NCBI GenBank assembly: GCA_977020255.1
Contig: CDROCS010002834.1
Location: 310,001-374,000, forward strand
Length of the DNA stretch: 64,000 nt
Direction: 5' to 3'
Source: Obrimoposthia wandeli
Lineage: Eukaryota
Numbering within the stretch: the stretch's first letter is position 1; every line of letters starts with the position of its first letter. Shown here piece after piece: positions 41,861 through 53,998 of this stretch. The position numbers and the translations under genes were made by a program. Below the pieces are notes generated by a model that saw only the letters and a program-made list of their open reading frames with translations, was not told the DNA's origin and made no database searches.

Positions 41861-43786
41861 ATGATTACCTTTTCGGACATGCAACTTTTACGAGGCGGTA
41901 AAGTCCTTCTCGATAACGCCACGGCAACGATTCATCCCGGTGACAAAGTCGGGCTAGTCGGTAAAAACGGCTGTGGTAAATCCACCTTATTTGCTTTATT
42001 AAAAAATGAACTGAGTCTAGATGCCGGTAATTGCCAATTCCCGTCTAACTGGGAGTTAGCCTGGGTAGCACAGGAAACCCCGGCACTTGAACGCAATGCG
42101 ATTGACTACGTTATTGATGGTGACCGTGAATACCGTCAACTTGAACGTGAATTAGCCGCCGCTGAAGAGAGTAATAACGGCATTAAAGTGGCCGAACTGC
42201 ATGTCAAATTAGATACCATTGGTGGCTACACTATCAATGCCCGCGCGTCTGAATTACTCGACGGCCTAGGTTTTTCCCAGGAACAAATGCAATGGCACCT
42301 AACCCAGTTTTCGGGTGGTTGGCGTATGCGTTTGAACCTTGCCCAAGCACTGTTATGTCGATCCGATTTACTCCTGCTCGATGAACCGACTAACCACTTA
42401 GATCTCGATGCCGTTATGTGGTTAGAAAAATGGTTACAAAGCTACCGTGGCACCTTACTACTGATTTCTCATGACCGTGATTTTCTTGACCCTGTAATTA
42501 ATCGTATTGTGCATGTAGAAAACCAAACGCTAAACAGTTACACCGGTAACTATTCATCGTTTGAAGTGCAACGCGCAGAAAAGTTGGTGCTGCAACAAGC
42601 CATGTATCAGAAACAGCAGAAGCAAGTTTCTCACATGCAATCGTATATTGACCGCTTCCGTTACAAAGCAAGCAAAGCACGCCAAGCACAAAGCCGAATT
42701 AAAGCGCTCGACCGAATGGAAAAAGTGTTGCCAGCTCAGCTTGATAACCCATTTTTGTTTGAATTCAGAGAGCCACAAGCGTTACCGAATCCAATTTTGA
42801 TGATGGACCAAGTCGCAGCGGGTTATAGCAACAACCTTATCTTAGAAAAGATCCGCCTGAACCTTGTACCCGGTAGCCGTATTGGCTTATTAGGGCGTAA
42901 CGGTGCCGGTAAATCGACCTTGATTAAGTTATTGTCGGGTGAGCTTCCAGCACAAGCTGGCGATTTAACCTACTCACAAGGCGTAAAGATTGGTTACTTT
43001 GCTCAGCACCAACTGGAAACACTGCGCCTTGACGATACGCCATTGCAGCATTTAGCCCGACTGGCACCGCAATCAACCGAACAACAGTTGCGTGATTACC
43101 TCGGTAGCTTTGGTTTTAATGGTGAAAAAGCCCTTGATAAAGTGGGTCCGTTTTCTGGTGGCGAAAAAGCACGTTTGGTATTAGCTTTGCTTGTATGGCA
43201 ACGCCCTAACCTATTGCTACTCGATGAACCAACCAACCACCTTGATTTGGATATGCGCCAAGCCCTAACGTTTGCACTGCAATCTTATGAAGGCGCAATG
43301 GTCATTGTCAGTCACGACCGTTACCTATTACGTGCGACAACGGATGATTTGTATCTGGTCCATGATCGCCAAGTAACGCCATTTGATGGTGACCTATCGG
43401 ATTACCATAAATGGTTAACCGAACAACAACGTAATGAGCGCCGAGAATTACAAGCTGCAAAACCTGACGTTGGCAAAGAAAACAGTGCCGCATCACGTAA
43501 AGAGCAGAAACGATTAGAAGCCGAGTTACGTAAGCAAACAGCACCACTACGAAAAAAAATCACGCAACTTGATAAGCAGATGGAAAAGCTCTGCGCTGAT
43601 ATTAGCGATGCTGAAGAGAAACTAGCTGATTCAACTATTTATGAAGCAGATAACAAAGCCCTACTGCACAAGCAACTTAAACGTCAAGGTGATGCTAAAT
43701 CAACATTGGAAGATGTTGAGATGGAGTGGATGGATCTGCAAGAAGAGCTTGAATCAATGGAAGCTGCGCTGAATGCAGACAGCTGA
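41861..43786 (+). CDS. yheS: ABC-F family ATPase
   Basis: Two ABC cassettes (GKNGCGKST/FSGG/LLLDEPTNHLD and GRNGAGKST/FSGGEK), no TM segments, C-terminal coiled coil. Confidence 0.93.
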   Translation: MITFSDMQLLRGGKVLLDNATATIHPGDKVGLVGKNGCGKSTLFALLKNELSLDAGNCQFPSNWELAWVAQETPALERNAIDYVIDGDREYRQLERELAAAEESNNGIKVAELHVKLDTIGGYTINARASELLDGLGFSQEQMQWHLTQFSGGWRMRLNLAQALLCRSDLLLLDEPTNHLDLDAVMWLEKWLQSYRGTLLLISHDRDFLDPVINRIVHVENQTLNSYTGNYSSFEVQRAEKLVLQQAMYQKQQKQVSHMQSYIDRFRYKASKARQAQSRIKALDRMEKVLPAQLDNPFLFEFREPQALPNPILMMDQVAAGYSNNLILEKIRLNLVPGSRIGLLGRNGAGKSTLIKLLSGELPAQAGDLTYSQGVKIGYFAQHQLETLRLDDTPLQHLARLAPQSTEQQLRDYLGSFGFNGEKALDKVGPFSGGEKARLVLALLVWQRPNLLLLDEPTNHLDLDMRQALTFALQSYEGAMVIVSHDRYLLRATTDDLYLVHDRQVTPFDGDLSDYHKWLTEQQRNERRELQAAKPDVGKENSAASRKEQKRLEAELRKQTAPLRKKITQLDKQMEKLCADISDAEEKLADSTIYEADNKALLHKQLKRQGDAKSTLEDVEMEWMDLQEELESMEAALNADS

Positions 43787-44246
43787 TCGTGTAATACTGA
43801 ATCCGCAGGATTTTTGGCAGTTCAGCCTGAGTCATTATGCTCAGGCTGGGGTGCAACCTGCGAGTCTCACATTGCAAGATACCTATCAGGGCAACGTCAA
43901 TCTTGCCCTGCTATTGCATTGGCTTGATACACAGAATATTCACCTAAGCGATGCTGAGCTATACACTCTCAAGGCAAGTGCTACATCAAGTGATATTCGG
44001 CTACATCAGTACCGAGCAATGCGTAAGCAGCTTAAATCACAATTAGATATCGCGGGTTACAAGCAGTTACTGGAATTTGAGCTTAATTTGGAACAAGACC
44101 AGCAGCTTGCACTTATCACTCAGTTCAATCTATTTACCGTACCGCAGCCAAAAGTAATCTCCCCTTCACTGCTTACCAATAATTTAGCACGGTACTGCCT
44201 GCAACAAAAAGCCACGGCATTACTCTCTAAGCTCCAAGCCGCATAA
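43773..44246 (+). CDS. TIGR02444-type conserved protein
   Basis: FWQFSLSHYA; LQD..QGNVNLALLLHWL. Confidence 0.8.
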   Translation: MQTADRVILNPQDFWQFSLSHYAQAGVQPASLTLQDTYQGNVNLALLLHWLDTQNIHLSDAELYTLKASATSSDIRLHQYRAMRKQLKSQLDIAGYKQLLEFELNLEQDQQLALITQFNLFTVPQPKVISPSLLTNNLARYCLQQKATALLSKLQAA

Positions 44247-44268
44247 CTGTCTTACGACAATAAGTGCC

Positions 44269-44877
44269 TTACCAAATCATCACCACACAGCTAGCAGTTA
44301 ATATACCCATCGCAATATTAAAGACACGGCGTGTTTGAGGGCTATTGAGCCATCTGCCAATCAAAGTACCAAAGCTTGCCCAAATAGAGACACTCGGAAA
44401 ACAGACTAAGAAAAAAATCACTGCAATCAAGCCTGCAGATTGCCAATAATACTCACCCGCCATGGTAAAGGAACTGATAGCCGTTACCGACATCATCCAT
44501 GCTTTTGGGTTTACATACTGAAACATCGCCGCAGCCATAAACGTCATGGGCTCACCATCTTGCTGATCCGTTCGAATGCTTGATTTTGCCGATGCAATTT
44601 TCCACGCAAGATATAATAAGTACGCACTACCAGCCCAACGTAAAATTTCATGCAAAATAGGAAAACGGGTAAACATAACGCCGAGCCCAGCCGCAACCAA
44701 TACAATCATCGAAACCAAACCTGAGCCGATTCCCATCATGTGCGGTAACGTGCGCCAGTAACCGAAATTAGCCCCCGATGCCGTTACCATCAAATTGTTC
44801 GGACCTGGTGTGCCGGTCATCGTTGCCGCAAAAGCCGCTAAAGACATAATAAATTGCCATTCCAACATCACTGTCAC
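44269..44877 (-). CDS. LysE/RhtB family exporter
   Basis: TPGPNN; GSAYLLYLAWK; QYVNPKAW. Confidence 0.92.
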   Translation of the reverse strand: MTVMLEWQFIMSLAAFAATMTGTPGPNNLMVTASGANFGYWRTLPHMMGIGSGLVSMIVLVAAGLGVMFTRFPILHEILRWAGSAYLLYLAWKIASAKSSIRTDQQDGEPMTFMAAAMFQYVNPKAWMMSVTAISSFTMAGEYYWQSAGLIAVIFFLVCFPSVSIWASFGTLIGRWLNSPQTRRVFNIAMGILTASCVVMIW

Positions 44878-44911
44878 CCTCCTGATTTATGACTCATTGC
44901 AAGTCAATAAT

Positions 44912-45022
44912 ATTGTACCGATACAATTTGTATGGTTTTTGTGTTTTGATTGTTTTTCATGCACAATCAACCCTAACAGTTGGCTTAACAGTGATCAAAA
45001 GGTTTATTGTCACCATGACAAT
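44912..45022. promoter_or_regulatory. paired inverted-repeat operators, probably bound by the MocR regulator
   Basis: ATTGTA-CCGA-TACAAT (44912-27) and ATTGTCA-CCA-TGACAAT (45006-22). Confidence 0.65.
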
Positions 45023-46415
45023 TATGAATATTGTATTAGTACCTAATACCAGTGAGCACAAAAGTGATCCTATCTACCGCCAAGTTGCCGATGCAATTGC
45101 ACAGCAGGTTGACTCAGGGCAATTACAGCCTGGTAGTAAATTACCCACCCATCGCGCATTAGCGGATCAGCTCGCTGTTACTGTTGGAACAGTTACCCGT
45201 GCTTATGCAGAGGCTGAACGGCGGGGGCTGGTCGAAGCGCGCGTGGGGGCTGGCACCTATGTGTGTCAGGCGAATCAGCCAAGCTGGGTTTACAACTATT
45301 CAGAACAAGAAGAAGAGGAATGTAACTTCGGCTACAACATCCCCCCGCGCCTTGATCGATCTGACATGCTCAAACAAGCGATGGCAAATATCGCCGCACA
45401 TCCTGATCAGCTGAATCAAATGATGTTGTATCAAGACCCGCAGGGGTTAGCCGAGCACCGTGACATTGTGTGTAATTGGTTACAGCAAAAAGGATTTAAA
45501 CTTGACCCACAACGTGTACATTTTACATCAGGCGGGCAACATGCTGCCCAACTAGTACTCGCTGCCTTTTGTCGTAGTGGTGATACGGTATTGGTTGAGC
45601 ACGTTTCATACCCCGGATTTTTAAGCTTGGCACGCCAGCAACAAATATCGATAAAACCCGTCGAAATGGATGAAGAAGGACTCATACCTGCAAGCTTAGA
45701 AGCCGCTTGCCGTTTGTATCAACCGCGTATTATTTACAGCACCCCAACCTTACAAAACCCAACAACAGTAACGATGGGTGAGCAACGCCGCCAAGACATC
45801 CTCGCGATCTGCCAACAGCATCAAGTATTATTTGTTGAAGACGACGTGAATGGGCTATTGCCAACTGAGCGCCCCACACCAATGGTGAACATCGATTCAG
45901 AGCAAGTGATCCATATTGGTGGGCTATCTAAATGTTTGGCACCTGGATTGCGCCTTGGTTATATTCAAGTACCCACTCGATTGCAGAAACGCTTAAACGC
46001 AGCCTTACATAATCACAGCTTAATGATCAGCCCTTTACTGACAGGCATCGCCTGTGAATTGATTATTAGCGGGGATGCTGATCGTATCTTGCACCAAATA
46101 CGTACTGATATCTGTCAGCGTCAGCAACTCGTGGCTCAACACCTTGGACGCTTTGATATTCGACATAGCCCTCACAGTTTTCATGTTTGGCTAACATTGC
46201 CCGACTATTGGCTCTTAAGTGACTTTGTTCAAGCAGCTAATCAACAAGGTGTCGTGGTGAAGTCGGGAGAATTATTCTCACCACCAGGCAGTACTATTCC
46301 GCCAGCCATTAGACTTGCCATTAGTGCACCGTTTACACATAGGAAGTTGGAGCAAGGATTGCTTATACTCTCTGAGTTACTTGGAAAAGATCCCATACAC
46401 GATTTCACGCTCTAA
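45015..46415 (+). CDS. MocR/GabR family PLP-dependent transcriptional regulator
   Basis: GntR HTH (KLPTHRALAD, GTVTRAY, VGAGTYV) plus aminotransferase domain (TLQNPT, EDD, LSKCLAPGLRLG); start chosen at ATG 45015. Confidence 0.92.
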   Translation: MTIMNIVLVPNTSEHKSDPIYRQVADAIAQQVDSGQLQPGSKLPTHRALADQLAVTVGTVTRAYAEAERRGLVEARVGAGTYVCQANQPSWVYNYSEQEEEECNFGYNIPPRLDRSDMLKQAMANIAAHPDQLNQMMLYQDPQGLAEHRDIVCNWLQQKGFKLDPQRVHFTSGGQHAAQLVLAAFCRSGDTVLVEHVSYPGFLSLARQQQISIKPVEMDEEGLIPASLEAACRLYQPRIIYSTPTLQNPTTVTMGEQRRQDILAICQQHQVLFVEDDVNGLLPTERPTPMVNIDSEQVIHIGGLSKCLAPGLRLGYIQVPTRLQKRLNAALHNHSLMISPLLTGIACELIISGDADRILHQIRTDICQRQQLVAQHLGRFDIRHSPHSFHVWLTLPDYWLLSDFVQAANQQGVVVKSGELFSPPGSTIPPAIRLAISAPFTHRKLEQGLLILSELLGKDPIHDFTL

Positions 46416-46465
46416 TCTAATACGAGCTAATGTATTATATAAACAATGGATAAACGGAGAGCACT

Positions 46466-47428
46466 ATGCATTTTAAGCCAGCGAGCGGCCTTAAGAACGC
46501 GCACCTTCAAACCCTCTTGCCACGTTTTATTCGTCGCAAGCCATTGTTTACACCTGTCACTCAACGCATCGAAACACCCGATGGGGATTTTTTGGATTTA
46601 GCATGGACAGAGCAACCCAATAACGATCACCAGCAACCCTTGATGATCCTGTTTCATGGTTTAGAGGGCAGTTTCTGTAGTCCGTATGCCAATGGTTTAT
46701 TACATGCGGCAAAACAACAAAATTGGCTAGGGGTGATGATGCACTTTCGGGGCTGCAGCGGTGAGATTAATCGTCAGCCTCGTAGTTATCACTCAGGTGA
46801 AATTAATGACGCCACATTTTTTATCCAATGGCTAAAACAACAGTTCCCTAACCGACCCTTTTTTGCTGTTGGGATCTCGTTAGGTGGCAATATGCTGGTT
46901 AACTATTTAGCCGCCACAGGTAACCAGTCTGGACTCACCGCGGTACAAGTTATTTCACCGCCATTAAATTTAGCGTCATGTTCAGAGCGAATTCAACATG
47001 GATTTTCGAAGGTTTATCAACAATATTTATTGAATTCGATGAAGAAGAATCTGGCCATAAAAATCACAAATCTGCCTGATGAAATGCCGATTGGTCCACA
47101 GCAAGTCGAAAAAATTCAGTCGTTATGGCAATTTGATGAACTGGTCACCGCCCCTTTGCATGGTTTCAAAGATGCGGCTGATTACTATCAGCAATGCAGT
47201 GGTATTGATAAATTACAGCACGTTAAAATTCCACTTCGAGTTATCCATGCCAAAGACGATCCCTTCATGACCGAAGCGGTTATTCCTGCACAACCACTGC
47301 CCTCTCATGTGGATTACCACTTAACATCTAATGGTGGGCATGTTGGCTTTGTTTCTGGTTCGTGGCGAAATCCTGATTTTTGGTTAGAAAAAACAGTGCC
47401 AGAATGGTTTCATCGACATATAAACTAA
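46466..47428 (+). CDS. yheT: YheT family alpha/beta hydrolase
   Basis: HGLEGS; GISLGG nucleophile; AKDDPF; GGHVGF. Confidence 0.92.
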   Translation: MHFKPASGLKNAHLQTLLPRFIRRKPLFTPVTQRIETPDGDFLDLAWTEQPNNDHQQPLMILFHGLEGSFCSPYANGLLHAAKQQNWLGVMMHFRGCSGEINRQPRSYHSGEINDATFFIQWLKQQFPNRPFFAVGISLGGNMLVNYLAATGNQSGLTAVQVISPPLNLASCSERIQHGFSKVYQQYLLNSMKKNLAIKITNLPDEMPIGPQQVEKIQSLWQFDELVTAPLHGFKDAADYYQQCSGIDKLQHVKIPLRVIHAKDDPFMTEAVIPAQPLPSHVDYHLTSNGGHVGFVSGSWRNPDFWLEKTVPEWFHRHIN

Positions 47429-47507
47429 AACCTAGCGCTGAAGCCTAACAGCTGACTAAAACAACTGATAAAATAGTCAGCTTAAATTACTCTTTTTTGT
47501 GCGCATT

Positions 47508-47723
47508 ATGATCATACCTTGGCAAGACCTTACCTCAGAAACACTCACTAGCTTGATTGAACATTTCGTTCTACGTGAAGGCACCGATTACGGTGATAAT
47601 GAACTCACGATGGAACAAAAAGTACAGCATGTTCGCCAACAATTAGATGCAGGCGATATCGTGATCGTGTTCTCTGAATTGCATGAATCTGTTGATATAA
47701 AATTGCGAAGCGAACTGGGGTAA
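47508..47723 (+). CDS. yheU: YheU (UPF0270) family protein
   Basis: MIIPWQ; [10 protein letters not shown]. Confidence 0.93.
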   Translation: MIIPWQDLTSETLTSLIEHFVLREGTDYGDNELTMEQKVQHVRQQLDAGDIVIVFSELHESVDIKLRSELG

Positions 47724-47845
47724 CCATTGTTCAACTCAAGATATGCGACTGATAGCACTTTCGATATTTGAGTTCGACTTTACCTTGACCTAGACTTAAC
47801 ACCCTGTTAATAACTTGTAGCGTAAACTTAACGACAGGATATTTC

Positions 47846-48715
47846 ATGTCTGCAAAACACCCCATTATTGCAGTGACAGGGTCGTCTGGTGCGGGAACCA
47901 CCACCACCTCTGAAGCTTTTCGTAAAATGTTCAATATGATGAACATCAATGCCTCGTGGCTTGAAGGCGACAGCTTCCACCGTTATACCCGTCCAGAAAT
48001 GGATGTTGAAATTCGCAAAGCGAAAGAGCAAGGTCGTCATATCAGTTACTTTGGTCCTGAGGCCAACGACTTTCCGCAACTCGAAAAGTTCTTTCGCCAA
48101 TATGGCGATGATGGTAGCGGCCAATTCCGACGTTACTTGCACACATTCGATGAAGCCGTACCGTACAATCAAATGCCGGGATCTTTTACCCCATGGCAAA
48201 AGCTACCTGAAAATACCGATGTCTTATTCTATGAAGGCTTACACGGTGGCGTGGTTGATGGTGAGGTAAATGCAGCTGAACACGTTGATTTACTCATCGG
48301 CATGGTGCCGATTGTAAACTTAGAGTGGATTCAAAAAATCGTTCGCGATACCCGTGATCGCGGTCATTCACGTGAAGCGGTGATGGAATCTATCGTCAGA
48401 TCGATGGATGACTACCTTAATTACATCACCCCCCAATTTTCTCGCACTCACATTAATTTTCAGCGTGTTCCCACAGTAGACACATCCAACCCATTTAGTG
48501 CTAAGGGGATCCCTAGCCTAGATGAAAGTTTTGTGGTGATCCGTTTCCGTGGTATCGAGAATGTCGATTTTCCTTATTTATTGTCGATGATCCAAGGCTC
48601 GTTCATGTCGCGACATAATACTTTGGTTGTGCCGGGCGGTAAGATGAGTTTTGCGATGGAGCTCATTGTCCGTCCACTCATCCAGCAACTGATTGATACT
48701 GGAAAAGTCGGCTAA
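47846..48715 (+). CDS. prkB: phosphoribulokinase-family kinase
   Basis: AVTGSSGAGTT; EGDSFH; FYEGLHG; FQRVPTVDTSNPF. Confidence 0.93.
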   Translation: MSAKHPIIAVTGSSGAGTTTTSEAFRKMFNMMNINASWLEGDSFHRYTRPEMDVEIRKAKEQGRHISYFGPEANDFPQLEKFFRQYGDDGSGQFRRYLHTFDEAVPYNQMPGSFTPWQKLPENTDVLFYEGLHGGVVDGEVNAAEHVDLLIGMVPIVNLEWIQKIVRDTRDRGHSREAVMESIVRSMDDYLNYITPQFSRTHINFQRVPTVDTSNPFSAKGIPSLDESFVVIRFRGIENVDFPYLLSMIQGSFMSRHNTLVVPGGKMSFAMELIVRPLIQQLIDTGKVG

Positions 48716-48804
48716 ACGACGTAGAGCAAGCAACATCGATAACACACTGACAGAAACAATAGCTAAAATGAGTAACGAGAATATCAGCCCGTTACTCGAT
48801 TTTT

Positions 48805-49209
48805 TTAGGCATTAACGACCTCATAGGAATGGGTTAATTCAACCCCTTTCCCTAACATTAAGCACACTGAGCAATATTTTTCTAATGAATCGCTAACCGC
48901 TTTAGCCACCAGCGACTCATCCAAATCATAGCCTGTTACAACAAAATGCAGATTCGCACCGGTAAATAATCGAGGGGATTGCTCTCGGCGTTCGGCGTCA
49001 ATTTGTGCTTCACAGGCTGTAATTTTTTGTCCTGCAGATTTTAATCCGTCGACAACATCTACCGAGCTACACCCACCAGCGGCCATCAAAACAAGTTCCA
49101 TTGGGCTTGGTGCTTTTTCGCCACCATTACCGTCCATCACAACACTATGACCCGAATTTGATTGAGCAAGAAAAGTCATTCCCTCTACCCATTTCACGCG
49201 TGATTTCAT
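48805..49209 (-). CDS. yhfA: OsmC family protein YhfA
   Basis: SPMELVLMAAGGCSSVDV; KYCSV. Confidence 0.92.
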   Translation of the reverse strand: MKSRVKWVEGMTFLAQSNSGHSVVMDGNGGEKAPSPMELVLMAAGGCSSVDVVDGLKSAGQKITACEAQIDAERREQSPRLFTGANLHFVVTGYDLDESLVAKAVSDSLEKYCSVCLMLGKGVELTHSYEVVNA

Positions 49210-49235
49210 CGCATTCTCCAATTAACTAATGACTG

Positions 49236-49251
49236 TGTGATCATGTGCACA
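49236..49251. promoter_or_regulatory. CRP site in the yhfA-crp divergent region
   Basis: TGTGA-TCATGT-GCACA, 9/10 match to TGTGA-N6-TCACA. Confidence 0.75.
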
Positions 49252-49458
49252 CTTATGAGTACTAAATGACGGCTCCTGATAGATCAATATCAAGAAATGC
49301 CCGCCGAAAAAAGATAAACTCAAGGGTAATTATTCAGGTTAGCTTGCAGCATAGCGGCTGAATGAATATCCTAATCAGCGAACAATACTATTGTTAGGCC
49401 CACCGTCAAACTATAGGGATGTCGTTGTTGGGCAACAAACGCAGAGGAAGTTAGTAAT

Positions 49459-50091
49459 ATGGTACCAGGTAAACCTCAAACAGATCCTACTCTAGAGTGG
49501 TTTCTTTCCCATTGCCACATCCACAAGTACCCGTCAAAAAGTACTTTGATTCATGCTGGCGAAAAAGCAGAAACGCTTTATTACATCGTGAAAGGCTCTG
49601 TTGCCGTATTGATTAAAGATGAAGAAGGTAAAGAAATGATCCTTTCTTACCTTAATCAAGGTGACTTCATCGGTGAGCTTGGCTTATTTGAAGAAGACCA
49701 AGAGCGTACTGCATGGGTACGTGCTAAATCACCTTGTGAAGTTGCTGAAATTTCTTTCAAGAAATTCCGTCAACTTATTCAAGTTAACCCTGACATTTTA
49801 TTGCGTCTATCTTCTCAAATGGCAACTCGCTTACAAGTGACAAGCCAGAAAGTAGGTGACCTTGCATTCTTAGATGTTACGGGCCGTATCGCACAGACAT
49901 TGCTAAATCTTGCTAAGCAACCTGATGCTATGACTCACCCAGACGGTATGCAGATTAAGATCACTCGTCAAGAAATCGGCCAGATCGTTGGTTGTTCTCG
50001 TGAAACAGTCGGTCGTATTCTTAAGATGCTAGAAGAGCAGAACCTTATCTCTGCTCACGGTAAAACTATCGTTGTTTACGGCACTCGTTAA
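49459..50091 (+). CDS. crp: cAMP receptor protein
   Basis: FIGELGLF; RTAWV; [18 protein letters not shown]. Confidence 0.99.
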   Translation: MVPGKPQTDPTLEWFLSHCHIHKYPSKSTLIHAGEKAETLYYIVKGSVAVLIKDEEGKEMILSYLNQGDFIGELGLFEEDQERTAWVRAKSPCEVAEISFKKFRQLIQVNPDILLRLSSQMATRLQVTSQKVGDLAFLDVTGRIAQTLLNLAKQPDAMTHPDGMQIKITRQEIGQIVGCSRETVGRILKMLEEQNLISAHGKTIVVYGTR

Positions 50092-50115
50092 ACAACCATG
50101 AATTACCATTCTAAT

Positions 50116-50140
50116 AAAGCCGCTTTAAGCGGCTTTTTTT
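50116..50140 (+). terminator. crp terminator
   Basis: AAAGCCGC TTTAA GCGGCTTTTTTT. Confidence 0.9.
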
Positions 50141-50281
50141 ATATCTAATTTTTATATCGACTCTCGGTACTGTGATCAGATACTTGTCTAGATTGGTCTC
50201 AATCCCTCAAAGGTATATATTTGTCGTTCTCATCACAATCAATTCACTTGCCATGCCATGAAAGAATGCTACATTATGCAT

Positions 50282-50500
50282 ATGAATTATCTTGAGACGT
50301 CTGATATGGATATCGAACGCTTTGCGCCAAATACTCACCTACCAACACCAACCATCTTTACTTCGTTACCCGCGACGGTTGAAATGACAGGGTTCAGTGA
50401 CCAACGCCATTACCTCGAGCAACAAACCAATTTCAGCCGACGTCATCGCAGTGCGTATGACGGTGAACTATGGGTAAACACCTTAGATAGCGACAATTAA
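50282..50500 (+). CDS. small hypothetical protein, possibly leaderless (72 aa)
   Basis: Stop-free for 80 codons, flanked by its own promoter-like and terminator-like elements; no recognisable motif. Confidence 0.45.
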   Translation: MNYLETSDMDIERFAPNTHLPTPTIFTSLPATVEMTGFSDQRHYLEQQTNFSRRHRSAYDGELWVNTLDSDN

Positions 50501-50526
50501 AAAAACAGCGACCAAAGTCGCTGTTT
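50499..50526. terminator. bidirectional terminator
   Basis: A-run AAACAGCGAC CAAA GTCGCTGTTT. Confidence 0.8.
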
Positions 50527-50566
50527 AATAAATACTAATGATTGACCACTGCTGACCGTTTAGCGG

Positions 50567-51358
50567 CTAGTTGGTGCTCTCAAAAATCTTATCGGCAGAG
50601 GCTTGAACAAACCCGCTATACAGCTCGCCATCAACTTGCGGATAGCGCTTAGCAAATTCGTAAAAACCACCCGGAATATGTTTTACACCATCAAGAAAAC
50701 CCACAGCAACTTTATCAGCCATGGTCGCTGACTGTTCAAGCATCACCTCAGGATCGCCTTTCACTTCCCCACCGGATTCATTAATCGCAAAGCCGTTATG
50801 ACGCAGTAGATGATTCACGTCACGTACTTCCGTAAATTGCTCGAGCTGATTAATGCTAACCGTAAAGTGATTGGCACCAAAACCATGCGCGGCTACCCAG
50901 CCTGCATATTCACTTTCAGCCGCGAGCATCTCATACGTCTCAGAGTCAATATCCCATAACCGCCCACCATAGAGGAAGGACGGGTCACGCAATGCCGCTT
51001 CAGGTGCTTGGTTGACTAACTCGCGCAGTGCTTGTTGTAATTGCGCTGAACACTTTCCTACCATCAACTCACTAATAAACACCTTAGGGGCTGCTGGATT
51101 GGGATGTTCAAAATGCTCGGCATATAATTTCTTGGCTTCAAAGCGGTATTGTCCACAAGGTTTGTAGCCAATAGCAATGAAAGGGGCCGCCAGTTTATCT
51201 AGCCCCACCTTCGGTAAGTTAAAGGTACGCAACGCAATATGATCATTGAGTAAAGGCTCATCTTCGGTTAATAGTGCATGTACTTGCGCTGCAGATGGAC
51301 AAAGACGCTGGGTATAGTCTTGCCATAAGGCGTTAAACAATTGTTCCACTCTTTCCAT
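50567..51358 (-). CDS. DUF1338 family VOC-fold metalloenzyme
   Basis: NDHIALRTF; HFEHP; KVFISEL; NHFT; GFYEFAKR. Confidence 0.88.
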   Translation of the reverse strand: MERVEQLFNALWQDYTQRLCPSAAQVHALLTEDEPLLNDHIALRTFNLPKVGLDKLAAPFIAIGYKPCGQYRFEAKKLYAEHFEHPNPAAPKVFISELMVGKCSAQLQQALRELVNQAPEAALRDPSFLYGGRLWDIDSETYEMLAAESEYAGWVAAHGFGANHFTVSINQLEQFTEVRDVNHLLRHNGFAINESGGEVKGDPEVMLEQSATMADKVAVGFLDGVKHIPGGFYEFAKRYPQVDGELYSGFVQASADKIFESTN

Positions 51359-51445
51359 GATGAATCCTTCCCCTTTGCTGAATTAGTCTTATGTTGATTA
51401 ACGTGCCAATTGATTACGGTGCCAATTTATTAAGCTGCAACTCGA

Positions 51446-52954
<1,509 letters not shown>

Positions 52955-52981
52955 TTAAATAATTGAATGCCGTAGTGGCTG

Positions 52982-53998
52982 TTACTGCTCGATTAAACGA
53001 ACATGATCACCATTTTTCACTTGCAACGCAGCTGCCATTTCAGTGGTTATCAGCGCGATATTGTTCTGTTCATCAACCTTCACTTTACCCACGACAGCTC
53101 GGAAACCATCGAATGAGCCATTGCTGATAATAAAATCTTTCTCACTCGTACATTCACCAATCTCAACGGTACACGTGGTCGAGTGGCGTACCGATTCAAT
53201 ATTACGTACGTCACATTCAACCGTTGGACCGGCATCAAAAATGTCGACATAACCGCGACAACAGAAACCTTCTTTTTCTAATAAACGCAGTGCTGGGCGG
53301 GTTTTTTCATGTACCTGTCCGATCACTGCTTGTGCTTCTGGGCTCAATAAGCTGACGTAAATCGGTAGCTTTGGCATAAGATCAGCAATGAAACCTTTGG
53401 CCCCAATACCTGTTAGGTAATCAGCATGCGTAAAATCAATAGAGAAGAAATGCTCTTTTAGCCAATGCCAGAACGGTGAATTACCCTCGTCATCGGATAC
53501 GCCACGCATTTCTGCTAATACGGTTTCAGAGAAGCGATGACGATGTTCTGCCAGCATCAAGAAGCGACTTTTAGACAGCAAACGACCATTCAAACCTTGA
53601 CGCCACTCAGGGCGAAGGAACAAGGTGCACAGCTCACTGTTACCCGTATAGTTATTACCAAGCGTCAGCACTTTCACAACGTTATGCACGCCTAAACGAC
53701 GTGAGGCATGAACAACCGTGCTGAGGTGATAGGTATAGAAAGGATTATCAAGACCAATTGCAGCCTCTATTGCCGTTGTTCCTGCAACCTCACCCGTTTC
53801 TGTGTCTTCTGCAACCATCAAGTAGCCTTCCGTTCCCGGTTCGGTTACTTCTTTGCCGAAGCTTTCAACTGAGTGTGCAATCCTGTTACGCAGCATTTCT
53901 TCGTTAACAGGTAATGACGTGAAACCATGGCCAGATTCTTCCGCACAGCGCATAAGCGCCGGGTAATCGGCTTCGGTAATAGGACGAATAACCAGCAT
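52982..53998 (-). CDS. astA: arginine N-succinyltransferase
   Basis: GFTSLP; SELCTLFL; VDIFDAGP. Confidence 0.96.
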   Translation of the reverse strand: MLVIRPITEADYPALMRCAEESGHGFTSLPVNEEMLRNRIAHSVESFGKEVTEPGTEGYLMVAEDTETGEVAGTTAIEAAIGLDNPFYTYHLSTVVHASRRLGVHNVVKVLTLGNNYTGNSELCTLFLRPEWRQGLNGRLLSKSRFLMLAEHRHRFSETVLAEMRGVSDDEGNSPFWHWLKEHFFSIDFTHADYLTGIGAKGFIADLMPKLPIYVSLLSPEAQAVIGQVHEKTRPALRLLEKEGFCCRGYVDIFDAGPTVECDVRNIESVRHSTTCTVEIGECTSEKDFIISNGSFDGFRAVVGKVKVDEQNNIALITTEMAAALQVKNGDHVRLIEQ

